Below are positions 7,158 to 15,491 of a stretch of 64,000 nucleotides of DNA, piece after piece. The first letter of the stretch is position 1; each line of letters begins with the position of its first letter. Source of the stretch: Actinomycetota bacterium (lineage in GTDB: Bacteria; Actinomycetota; UBA4738; JBJMLN01); NCBI GenBank assembly GCA_045805285.1, contig JBJMLN010000135.1, positions 5,656 to 69,655 of the forward strand, in the 5' to 3' direction. The position numbers were made by a program, and so were the translations under genes. The notes under the pieces are model-generated. The model had not been told where the DNA came from. It did not search any database and was given only the letters and a program-made list of their open reading frames with translations.

Positions 7158-8237
7158 ATGGACCGGCCGGCCGACGACATCTCGAGGGACGAGCTCCAGC
7201 TTGCCGCGCGCAACGCGGGCATGCCGCAGGAGGCGCTGGCCTACGACCTGACGCCGGTCGGCCTGCATTACCTCCTGATCCACTACGACGTCCCCGAGGT
7301 CGACGTCGACGCGTGGCGTCTCCGGGTCGACGGGGGAGTCGGCCGCTCGCTCGAGCTTTCCTTGGACGATCTGCGGAACCGCGAACGGCGAACGGTCGCG
7401 GTCACGATGGAGTGCGCGGGGAACGGCCGCACCCTCTACGACCCACGCGCGATCAGCCAGCCGTGGCTCCTCGACGCGGTCGGAACCGCGGAGTGGACGG
7501 GAACTCCGCTCGTTCCGCTGCTGGAGGAGGCCGGCGTCGACGAGAACGCGACCGAGGTGGTGTTCACGGGCCTCGACCGCGGCATCGAAGGCGGAGAGGT
7601 CCAGACCTACGCGCGGAGTCTCCCGATCGAGGAAGTCCGTCGCGACGAGCTCCTGCTCGCCGACGAGATGAACGGCGCTCCGCTCTTGCCGCAGCACGGC
7701 GCTCCGCTCCGCCTGCTCGTCCCCGGTTGGTACGGGATGGCGTCGGTCAAATGGCTCGCCCGCATCACGCCGGTGCTCGAGCCGTTCGACGGCTACCAGA
7801 ACCGCGCGGGCTACCGGTTCCGGCGTTCCGAAGAGGAGGCCGGTGAATCCGTCACGCGGATCGAGCCACGTTCGCTCATGGTCCCTCCCGGGATCCCGGA
7901 GTTCATGACGCGCGCGCGTCATCTCGCGCCCGGAACGGTCACGCTCCGCGGCCGCGCGTGGTCGGGGTGGGGACACATCGAACGCGTCGAGATAAGTACC
8001 GACGGCGAGACGACGTGGAGTGACGCCCGGGTCGACCGGCGAGGAACCTCCGACCGCGCCTGGGTCGGGTGGTCCTTCGAGTGGAACGCCGAGGAGGGGG
8101 AGCACGTGCTGTGCTCCCGTGCGACGGATGCGACCGGCCGCACCCAGCCGGATCAAGCGAACTGGAACGTCGGCGGCTACGCGAACAACGCTGTCCAACG
8201 CATGCCGGTGACCGTCTCGGCGGCGGTCGACGGCTAG
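7158..8237 (+). CDS. Sulfite-oxidase-family molybdopterin oxidoreductase (Mo-co binding domain plus dimerisation domain).
   Basis: TMECAGNGRT carries the Mo-ligand Cys loop. LLADEMNGAPLLPQHGAPLRLLVPGWYGMASVKWL is the sulfite oxidase / YedY-type signature. ATG at 7158 preceded by GAAGGA. Confidence 0.8.
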   Translation: MDRPADDISRDELQLAARNAGMPQEALAYDLTPVGLHYLLIHYDVPEVDVDAWRLRVDGGVGRSLELSLDDLRNRERRTVAVTMECAGNGRTLYDPRAISQPWLLDAVGTAEWTGTPLVPLLEEAGVDENATEVVFTGLDRGIEGGEVQTYARSLPIEEVRRDELLLADEMNGAPLLPQHGAPLRLLVPGWYGMASVKWLARITPVLEPFDGYQNRAGYRFRRSEEEAGESVTRIEPRSLMVPPGIPEFMTRARHLAPGTVTLRGRAWSGWGHIERVEISTDGETTWSDARVDRRGTSDRAWVGWSFEWNAEEGEHVLCSRATDATGRTQPDQANWNVGGYANNAVQRMPVTVSAAVDG

Positions 8238-8294
8238 GTTCGGGAAGTCCCAGCTGTCACCCTCCGGGAGGGGTGGGGGCATAGGGTTGAGGCG

Positions 8295-9149
8295 ATGACG
8301 CGCTTTCTGGTCCGCACCGTTTTCTCGGTCGCCGTGTCGATCTGCCTGGTCGTCCCCGCGGGCTGGAGCGTGACCGCTGCGGAGCGCTGCACGATCGACG
8401 GAACGTCCGGAGCGGACGTCCTTGTCGGGACCGACGGACGTGACGTCCTGTGCGGCCACGGCGGAGCGGATCTCCTCAAGGCTCGCGCGGGCGACGACCT
8501 TCTCCTCGGCGCCGACGGCCGAGACCGCTTGAACGGCGGCAATGGAAACGACCGCCTCCGGGGCGGCGCCGGAGCGGACAGCGCGGTCGGCGGAAAGGGC
8601 TCCGACCGCGTGGACGGTGGTGCCGGAGCGGACATATGTCTGTCCGCGTTCGACCACACCGTCGGCAACGATGTCATCGTCGGCGGTCCCGGTCGCGACT
8701 CGTACGTTGCGGACCACGGCGACGTCGCGAACGGAGCGAACGCCAGCCGGCCGTGCACGCTGCGAGCCAAGCTCGTCGGCGATCGCAAGGGTCCCTCCGG
8801 GTCGCTCGACGTGAATGGCAAGTCCTCCCCGGGTGCTGCCGAGAGTTGGTGCTGGCGCGAAAGCAGTCGCTCTTCCTACTGCGCCGACACCGGGATCGAC
8901 TTCTCGAACCTTCCGGCGTTCGACGTCCCGCGGGACGCCGCACTCTTCGTCCATGGCAACGCCGATTCGGCCGGAGCGGAGCTGTGGCGACCCACCGACG
9001 GCGTTTTCCCCAGCCACCGGATCGCGACGGTCGATCTGCGAGGCGGCTCGGATGCGCTGCGGGTCCCACCCGGCGCGTATCTCCTCCGCGTCAGCGGTCG
9101 TTGGAGCCGTGGCACCGCGGCGTACTGGTTCGAGCTCGACGTCGCCTGA
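8295..9149 (+). CDS. Secreted protein with an N-terminal signal peptide and six or more hemolysin-type (RTX) calcium-binding nonapeptide repeats (GGxGxDxL).
   Basis: MTRFLVRTVFSVAVSICLVVPAGWSVTAAE is a signal peptide. Repeats: GTDGRDVLCGHGGADLLKARAGDDLLLGADGRDRLNGGNGNDRLRGGAGADSAVGGKGSDRVDGGAGAD. Confidence 0.7.
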   Translation: MTRFLVRTVFSVAVSICLVVPAGWSVTAAERCTIDGTSGADVLVGTDGRDVLCGHGGADLLKARAGDDLLLGADGRDRLNGGNGNDRLRGGAGADSAVGGKGSDRVDGGAGADICLSAFDHTVGNDVIVGGPGRDSYVADHGDVANGANASRPCTLRAKLVGDRKGPSGSLDVNGKSSPGAAESWCWRESSRSSYCADTGIDFSNLPAFDVPRDAALFVHGNADSAGAELWRPTDGVFPSHRIATVDLRGGSDALRVPPGAYLLRVSGRWSRGTAAYWFELDVA

Positions 9150-9156
9150 GACGCTC

Positions 9157-9996
9157 GTGCGGTTCGGGCTGAGCGTCCAGAACTTCGGAACCTACGGCGA
9201 CCCAGCTCTCCTGGCGGATCTCGCTCGTGACGCCGAGGCGGCGGGCTGGGACGGCTTCTTCGTGTGGGATCACCTCCTCCGCGGAGACGCGCCCGTCGCG
9301 GACCCGTGGATCTCTCTCGCCGCCATCGCCGTCGCGACGGAACGCGTGAGGATCGGCCCGATGGTGACGCCGCTTCCTCGCCGCCGGCCGTGGCAGGTCG
9401 CGCGCCAGGCGGTGACGCTCGATCACCTCTCGGACGGAAGGGTGACCCTCGGCGTCGGGCTCGGTTCGTCTCCGCAGATGGAGTTCGCTCCGTTCGGCGA
9501 GGCGACGCAGAACGCGGAACGTGCCGCGGTCGCCGACGAGGCACTTGAGATCATCACGTGCCTGTGGACCGGAGACCCGGTCGACGCCCGTGGCCGATTC
9601 ATGCTCAGAGGAGCGAGGTCACTGCCGCTCCCGGTTCAGCGGCCGCGCATCCCGATCTGGGTCGCGGGCAACTGGCCGAACCGTGGTCCGCTCCGTCGCG
9701 CCGCGCGCTACGACGGCGTGTTCCCGCAGCGCATCGCGACGGATCCGGACGATTGGATGCTCTCTCCGGACGACGTCCGTGCCGTCCTGGCAGTCGTCGG
9801 TGAGTACCGAGAACTGGATGAACCGTTCGACGTCGCGGTCGCGCTTTCCGACGAGGGCGACGCCTCTCGGCGGCCGGATCTGATCGCCGAATACGCCGGT
9901 GCCGGCGTCACCTGGTGGATGGAGGGCGTGCTCGAAGACGCGGGAGACCTCGCCGAGATGCGAGCGCTGATCCGCCGCGGTCCGGTGGCCGCCTGA
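9157..9996 (+). CDS. LLM-class (luciferase-like) F420-dependent oxidoreductase.
   Basis: VRFGLSVQNFG, LGVGLGSSPQMEFAPFG and the IWVAGNWP C-terminal motif match TIGR03619-type LLM proteins. GTG start. Confidence 0.75.
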   Translation: MRFGLSVQNFGTYGDPALLADLARDAEAAGWDGFFVWDHLLRGDAPVADPWISLAAIAVATERVRIGPMVTPLPRRRPWQVARQAVTLDHLSDGRVTLGVGLGSSPQMEFAPFGEATQNAERAAVADEALEIITCLWTGDPVDARGRFMLRGARSLPLPVQRPRIPIWVAGNWPNRGPLRRAARYDGVFPQRIATDPDDWMLSPDDVRAVLAVVGEYRELDEPFDVAVALSDEGDASRRPDLIAEYAGAGVTWWMEGVLEDAGDLAEMRALIRRGPVAA

Positions 9997-10005
9997 CGCG
10001 GACGA

Positions 10006-10404
10006 TCAATACTGCCCGTACGTTCGGTCGACCGTGAACTCGTAGATCAGGCGCTCCTCGCGGACCATCGCCGCGAGGTACTCCTCCACGTCGTCGGGCT
10101 CCCCGGCCAGCGCGCGGTAGAGCTCGAGGTTCTGCTCGGGCGCGTCGGGGCCGTCCAGGATCCGGACGTGCGACTCGATGCCCATCCACGCCTGCCAACG
10201 TCTCGGATCGAACACGAAGAGCGTCGCGCGCGGATCGCGACGGAGGTTCCGGGTGCGCACGCGGTTCCGCGTCCCGGAGCTCCAGACGACGTCACCCATC
10301 AGCCCGATGCCGATGCGGGCGACGTGCGGCGTTCCGTCGGCCTTGATCGTCGCGACGGCGGCGCTGTGATTGTGTTCGAGGAAGGCGCAGACCTTGTCGT
10401 CCAC
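10006..10404 (-). CDS. PPOX-class F420-dependent / pyridoxamine-5'-phosphate-oxidase-family protein.
   Basis: HSAAVATIKADGTPHVARIGIGLMGDVVWSSG and the C-terminal YEFTVDR are typical of the split-barrel PPOX family. Confidence 0.7.
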   Translation of the reverse strand: MDDKVCAFLEHNHSAAVATIKADGTPHVARIGIGLMGDVVWSSGTRNRVRTRNLRRDPRATLFVFDPRRWQAWMGIESHVRILDGPDAPEQNLELYRALAGEPDDVEEYLAAMVREERLIYEFTVDRTYGQY

Positions 10405-10412
10405 GCCGACGA

Positions 10413-10772
10413 TCAGGCGGCAGCCGCGGTCCGACGGCTCGCCGAGCGCTTGCGTCCGGCGCGCTTCGCGGAGGTCCGCTTCGCAGATGAACGCTTCGCC
10501 GTTGAACGCTTCGCCGAGCGGCGCTTCGCGGACGAGCGCTTCGACGTCGACCCCTTCGGCCGGCTGGGTCCGCGACGTTCGCCGATCTCGCTCGGGGCGA
10601 GAACCGTTCCGGGCTTCCTTCCGCGCTTCGGCGCCCGAGCGTTACGGACGAGCGCGCGCGCGTCCTGGTCGCAAAGATCCTTGACCAGATTGCGACCGTT
10701 GATGCGGATCGTCACCGACGTCGTCGCCGGTCGACCGCAGTCGTCGCATACGAGAATCGTTCGTTCGGCCAC
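10413..10772 (-). CDS. Small basic nucleoid-associated-like protein. The N-terminal ~45 aa resemble the Lsr2 dimerisation fold. The C-terminal tail is a KRS(A/T)AKR repeat.
   Basis: GTG start preceded by a perfect SD (CCCCTCAGGAGGAGAAC GTG). Sequence: VAERTILVCDDCGRPATTSVTIRINGRNLVKDLCDQDARAL...KRSSAKRRSAKRSTAKRSSAKRTSAKRAGRKR. The tail is encoded by 15-bp tandem repeats. Confidence 0.6.
   Translation of the reverse strand: MAERTILVCDDCGRPATTSVTIRINGRNLVKDLCDQDARALVRNARAPKRGRKPGTVLAPSEIGERRGPSRPKGSTSKRSSAKRRSAKRSTAKRSSAKRTSAKRAGRKRSASRRTAAAA
10463..10552. repeat. Six tandem 15-bp units (gcttcgcNNNNNNNN) encoding the (AKRS) basic repeat tail.
   Basis: Direct reading. Confidence 0.8.
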
Positions 10773-10965
10773 GTTCTCCTCCTGAGGGGATGGTTGTTCA
10801 CGGGGTGTCGTTCCGCTTCGATGATAAACGACTGGGACGCAAAACGAACGCGAAGTGAATGCGCCGCGCGTTGGCTCTTCAGTCAGCTCTGCATACCGAG
10901 CGACGACATTCCGACCATCGCTACACTGCAGTCGTTCGTTCGCGACCGCATCTGTAGGAGGATCG

Positions 10966-12237
10966 ATGACGACCACGGGAGTTTCCGCGCAGCGAGATGC
11001 GGGGCCTCGAACGTGGTGGACGCGGCCGGGTCTCGAGATCGTCGACGGCCGCCTGCGCATCGCGGGCCGGGACGCGGAGGCCCTTGCGCGGCAACACGGA
11101 ACGCCGCTCTACGTCTACGAGCTCGGCATCATCGGCTCCAACGTGCGCGCGCTGCAGTCGGCGTTCGGGCGGATCGGCGTGACGGGGCGCGTGCGATACG
11201 CGCTCAAGGCGAACCGGGAACCGGAAATCCTGCGTTTCCTCCGCGGCTTAGCCTCCCCGGGAACGCCCGAGAGCGTCGGCATCGACGCCTGCTCTCCGGG
11301 AGAGGTTCTCTATGCGATCGAGCACGGTTGGAAGCCACACGAGATCTCCTTCACCGGCACGAACGTCTCCGAGCGCGATCTCGACGTCCTGCTTTCACAG
11401 CCGATCCTCATCAACGTCGATCTGCTGAGCCAGCTCGATCGCATCGGACGTCGCGCGCCGGGAGGCGCCGTCGGATTGCGATTGAACCCGCGGGCCGGCG
11501 CCGGCTGGAGTGGAGAGGGAGCCACCCTCTACAGCGGCACGAAGCCCGGGAAGTTCGGGATCTACGACGAGAACCTCGACGACGCCCTCGAGATCGCCCG
11601 ACGCCACGATCTCTCGATCGTCCGTGCACACGTCCACGTCGGCGACGGGTTCCTCACACGCGGGCTGCCCAAGTTCGAGGGCGCGATCGAGCGGCTCGCG
11701 GCGATGGTCCGTCGCCTGGTCGACGCCGGCTGTCCGATCGAGGAGATCAACACCGGCGGCGGGCTCGGGGTCCCGCTCCAGGACGGAGACGAGCCGCTGG
11801 ACGTCGACGCCTACGCGGAGGTCCTCGCGCGATACCTCGGGGACTTCGGCGTGACGATCGCGTGTGAGCCCGGCGACTTCATCGTCAAGCAGAGCGGGAC
11901 GCTCCTCGCCGAGATCGTGACGGTGGAGGACCGCCTCGGAACGACCTTCGTCGGCCTCGACGTCGGTTGGAACGTCGTGAGCGACCACTTCGTGTACAAG
12001 ATGCCGATCGAGCAGGTCCTCTGCCGCGCCGCCGACGCGCCGAGGACCGAGCGGCTGACGATGTCCGGCCACATCAACGAGGGGAACGACCTCTTCGCGG
12101 AGGACTATCCGTTCCCCCCGGTGAAGGAGGGCGATGTCGTTGCGATGATGAGCGTGGGCGGTTACAACCAGGCGATGGCGATGCCGCACTGTCTCCGGCC
12201 CGTTCCGCCCGCGATCGTTCTCCGCGATGCCGAATAG
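10966..12237 (+). CDS. PLP-dependent fold-III decarboxylase (diaminopimelate / ornithine / carboxynorspermidine decarboxylase family).
   Basis: Motifs YALKAN (Lys-PLP), HVHVGDG, EINTGGGLGVP and CEPGDFIV. ATG at 10966 preceded by GTAGGAGGA. Confidence 0.8.
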   Translation: MTTTGVSAQRDAGPRTWWTRPGLEIVDGRLRIAGRDAEALARQHGTPLYVYELGIIGSNVRALQSAFGRIGVTGRVRYALKANREPEILRFLRGLASPGTPESVGIDACSPGEVLYAIEHGWKPHEISFTGTNVSERDLDVLLSQPILINVDLLSQLDRIGRRAPGGAVGLRLNPRAGAGWSGEGATLYSGTKPGKFGIYDENLDDALEIARRHDLSIVRAHVHVGDGFLTRGLPKFEGAIERLAAMVRRLVDAGCPIEEINTGGGLGVPLQDGDEPLDVDAYAEVLARYLGDFGVTIACEPGDFIVKQSGTLLAEIVTVEDRLGTTFVGLDVGWNVVSDHFVYKMPIEQVLCRAADAPRTERLTMSGHINEGNDLFAEDYPFPPVKEGDVVAMMSVGGYNQAMAMPHCLRPVPPAIVLRDAE

Positions 12238-13837
12238 GAAACGCCGCTACGACGCCGTCATCGTCGGCGGCGGCCACAACGGCCTCGTCGCCGGCTTCTA
12301 TCTCGCGCGCGCCGGGGTGAAGACGCTGATCCTGGAGCGCCGCGACATCCTCGGCGGCGCCTGCAACACGGAGGAGTTCGCGCCCGGGTTTCGTGCGTCC
12401 ACGGGCGCGTACGTGCTGAGCATGCTGCGGCGCTCCATCTGGAAGGACATGGACCTCGTCCGCCGCGGCATCCGCGTCGACGAGGCGGGTCCGTCGCTCA
12501 ACCTGTTTCCGGACGGGGCGCGGTTCATGCTCCACGATGAGGCGGACCGCGCGGTGGAGGAGATCGCACGGTACTCCCGCCGCGACGCGCGCGAGTTCCC
12601 GGCGTTCGAAGCCGACCTCGCGCGCCTCGCGCAGGGCGTCACCCCTGCGTTCGACTGGACGCCCCCGGACCCGCGGGTGCGGAAGCTCGGCGACCTCCGC
12701 GGTCTCGCGCGCTACGGGTGGCAGGGAGCGAAGCACCGCGGAGACATCCAGGACGCCACGTTCCTGTTCACGACCTCGGTGAGTCAGTATCTGGGCGAGC
12801 GCTTCGAGTCAGAACACGTGAAGGCCGCGCTCGGCTGGCACGCGATCAACGACAGCCTCTCCGGTCCGTCGACGCAGGGGACCGCGTACGTCGTCCTCCA
12901 CGACCACGCGGCGGAGGACGCGGGCGGAGGCGTGCGCCAGTGGGGCTTCGTCCGCGGAGGGATGGGAGAGCTCACCGCTCGCATGGCCGATGCGGCGCGC
13001 GAGGCGGGGGCGGAGATCCGCACGGGCGCGGAGGTCGAGCAGATCACGCTCCGCCGCGGCCGCGCGAGCGGTGTGGTGTTGAACGGCGGCGAGGAGATCC
13101 GCTCGAAGATCGTGCTCTCCAACGCGGACCCAAAGCGGACGTTCCTCGGACTCGTGGAACCGGGCGCGCTCCCGGAGCGGTTCCTGGGCCAGATCCGCGC
13201 GTACCGCTCTGAGGGCACCAGTATGAAGATCAATCTCGGCGTCGCGGAACTTCCGATGGTGCGCGGACTGCCGTCGAACGGCGCGCAGGAGTATCACCGC
13301 GGCATCATGGAGATCAACTCCACGCTCGCCGACATGGACTGGGACCAGGCGCAGGCGCGTCGCGGCCGCTCGGCGGAGAACTCCCACATCGAGGTCTGCT
13401 TCCCGACGGTGCACGACCCGTCGCTCGCGCCGGAGGGAAAGCACGTCGTGACGATCGACGTGAACTCCCAGCCGTACTCGCTCCGCGAGGGCTCGTGGGA
13501 CGAGCGGAAGGACGCCATCGCGGACCGGGCGATCGGCCAGCTCGCGGAGTACTTCCCGAACCTGCCGGGCGCGATCCTCCACCGGCAGGTGCTGTCGCCG
13601 CTCGATCTCGAACGGCTGATCGGCCTGACGGGAGGGCACGCGCTCCACGGCGACATGTCGCCGGATCAGCTGCTGTTCATGCGGCCGGTGCGCGGATACG
13701 GCGACTACCGCACGCCGGTGCCGAACCTCTATCTCTGCGGAGCGGGAACGCACCCGGGAGGCGGCGTCACCGGCGCGAACGGAAGGAACTGCGTCCGGGA
13801 GGTGCTGAAGGACCGGCGCCGCCGCCGCTGGCGCTGA
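12227..13837 (+). CDS. FAD-dependent oxidoreductase of the phytoene-desaturase / CrtI amine-oxidase-like family. Its start overlaps the decarboxylase stop by 11 nt.
   Basis: YDAVIVGGGHNGLVAGFYLARAG is a Rossmann GxGxxG motif. The C-terminal CGAGTHPGGGVTGANGRN is typical of the CrtI family. Confidence 0.8.
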   Translation: MPNRKRRYDAVIVGGGHNGLVAGFYLARAGVKTLILERRDILGGACNTEEFAPGFRASTGAYVLSMLRRSIWKDMDLVRRGIRVDEAGPSLNLFPDGARFMLHDEADRAVEEIARYSRRDAREFPAFEADLARLAQGVTPAFDWTPPDPRVRKLGDLRGLARYGWQGAKHRGDIQDATFLFTTSVSQYLGERFESEHVKAALGWHAINDSLSGPSTQGTAYVVLHDHAAEDAGGGVRQWGFVRGGMGELTARMADAAREAGAEIRTGAEVEQITLRRGRASGVVLNGGEEIRSKIVLSNADPKRTFLGLVEPGALPERFLGQIRAYRSEGTSMKINLGVAELPMVRGLPSNGAQEYHRGIMEINSTLADMDWDQAQARRGRSAENSHIEVCFPTVHDPSLAPEGKHVVTIDVNSQPYSLREGSWDERKDAIADRAIGQLAEYFPNLPGAILHRQVLSPLDLERLIGLTGGHALHGDMSPDQLLFMRPVRGYGDYRTPVPNLYLCGAGTHPGGGVTGANGRNCVREVLKDRRRRRWR

Positions 13838-13843
13838 TCTCTA

Positions 13844-14641
13844 CTACAGCGGCGCGTCCGGAACCGGCGGGGCGTCGTCCCGGTCCCACCAGTCGCCCGT
13901 GAGCTCTCCGCCGTCGACGAGGATCGTCTCTCCGGTCACGAACGCGGCGTCCTCGGAAGCGAGGAACAGCACGACGTTCGCCTGATCCTGGGGTTTTCCG
14001 ACCCGCCTCAGCGGAACGCGTTCGAGGTACGCGCGCTCGCGATCCAGGTCCTCTCCCGAGGCGCTGGCCTGCTCCTCGGGCGTGAGCGTCTCCCCGGGCG
14101 CGATGCAGTTCGCGCGGATGCCGAGGTGGCCGAGCTCGTGTGCGAAGGCGCGGGTGAGCATCACGAGCGCGGCCTTGGAGGCGTTGTACGGCGCCTCGGG
14201 CGACTCCACGCGGAAGGCATTCGCCGACGCGACGTTCACGAACGCGCCGCCGCCGTGCTCGATCATGTGCGCGGCGGCTCGCTGCATCGCGAAGAACGGC
14301 GCTCGCGCATTGACGGAGAAGGCGGCGTCGAACGTCTCCGGTGAGACCTCGAGGATCGCGCCGTCCGGCATGACGCCCGCGTTGTTGACGAGCACGTCGA
14401 GGCCGCCGAGCTCGCGGATGCCGTCGTCGACCACGCGCATGGCTTCGTCCACCGACGACAGATCGGCGACGCCGGTGCGCAGCCGATCGCTGCCGAGCTC
14501 GCTCTCGAGCCGCTCGAGACCAGCGGCGTTTCGATCGACGGCGTAGACGTGCGCGCCCTCACCGAGGAACGCCGTGACGATCGCGCGACCGATGCCGCGC
14601 GCCGCTCCCGTGACGATCACGCGTGTGCCTTCGAACCGCAT
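13844..14641 (-). CDS. SDR-family NAD(P)-dependent oxidoreductase.
   Basis: TGAARGIGRA (TGxxxGxG), NNAG, and the YNASKAA catalytic Y-x3-K. Confidence 0.85.
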   Translation of the reverse strand: MRFEGTRVIVTGAARGIGRAIVTAFLGEGAHVYAVDRNAAGLERLESELGSDRLRTGVADLSSVDEAMRVVDDGIRELGGLDVLVNNAGVMPDGAILEVSPETFDAAFSVNARAPFFAMQRAAAHMIEHGGGAFVNVASANAFRVESPEAPYNASKAALVMLTRAFAHELGHLGIRANCIAPGETLTPEEQASASGEDLDRERAYLERVPLRRVGKPQDQANVVLFLASEDAAFVTGETILVDGGELTGDWWDRDDAPPVPDAPL

Positions 14642-14693
14642 CCTGGAGATCCTTCCGACCGGTGATGCCGGCGAACGCTAGGATTCGGCCCCG

Positions 14694-15491
14694 ATGTCGT
14701 CAAGCGCGGATCTTCCGGTTGCGGATCGCTGGTTCGAGACGGCCGAGGCCGGAAGCGGCGTCACGATGATCACCGAGCCGCACCTGCATCCCTACATCCA
14801 GTCCAACCTCTGGTTGGTCCGCGGAAGCGACCGCGACCTGCTCGTTGACGCTGGGAACGGGCTCGCGAGCCTCAAGGGCGATCTCCCGGAGCTCTTCGAG
14901 CCCGGCCGCGAGATCGTCGCCGTCGTTACGCACGGACACGCCGACCACATGGGCGGGCTGCACGAGTTCGACGAGCGCGTGTGCCATCGCCAGGAGGCCG
15001 GAGACGTCGAGCGTCCGCCGATCTCCTCGCTGCTCGACGCCGACACCTACCCCGAGGAGGAGCGCGCGGCGGCGATCGAGAGCGGGTATGGAGAGCTGCC
15101 GCGTTTCCTGCTCGATGCGCTGCCGTCGCCGGACTTCGATCCGCAGTCCTTCGCGATGGCGCCGACCGCGCCTACGCGGACCGTGCAGGAGGGCGACGTG
15201 ATCGATCTCGGCGACCGATCGTTCGACGTGCTGCATCTCCCGGGGCACACTCCGGGCAGCCTCGCGCTCTGGGAGGCGGAGACGGCGACGCTGTATTCGG
15301 GAGACACGATCTACGCGGGAGAGCCGCTCCTCGACGAGCTTCCGGAATCGAACATCGCCGACTACGTGGACTCGATGCGCCGGCTCCGATCGCTGCCCGT
15401 CAGGATCGTCCACGCCGGCCACGATCCGAGCTTCGGCCGCGAGGAGCTCATCCGCATCGTGGACGCCTACATCGCGAGACGAGAGCAGTAG
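14694..15491 (+). CDS. MBL-fold metallo-hydrolase.
   Basis: THGHADHMGG (HxHxDH), a later HLPGHTPGS, and HAGHD. Confidence 0.85.
   Translation: MSSSADLPVADRWFETAEAGSGVTMITEPHLHPYIQSNLWLVRGSDRDLLVDAGNGLASLKGDLPELFEPGREIVAVVTHGHADHMGGLHEFDERVCHRQEAGDVERPPISSLLDADTYPEEERAAAIESGYGELPRFLLDALPSPDFDPQSFAMAPTAPTRTVQEGDVIDLGDRSFDVLHLPGHTPGSLALWEAETATLYSGDTIYAGEPLLDELPESNIADYVDSMRRLRSLPVRIVHAGHDPSFGREELIRIVDAYIARREQ

Noticed and set aside
10773-10965. Lysine (L-box) riboswitch upstream of the LysA-like decarboxylase.
   Set aside because: The ~190-nt leader is AT-richer than average. I could not recognise the conserved L-box helices or the kink-turn / loop-E motifs. More likely it is a divergent promoter region shared with the Lsr2-like gene.
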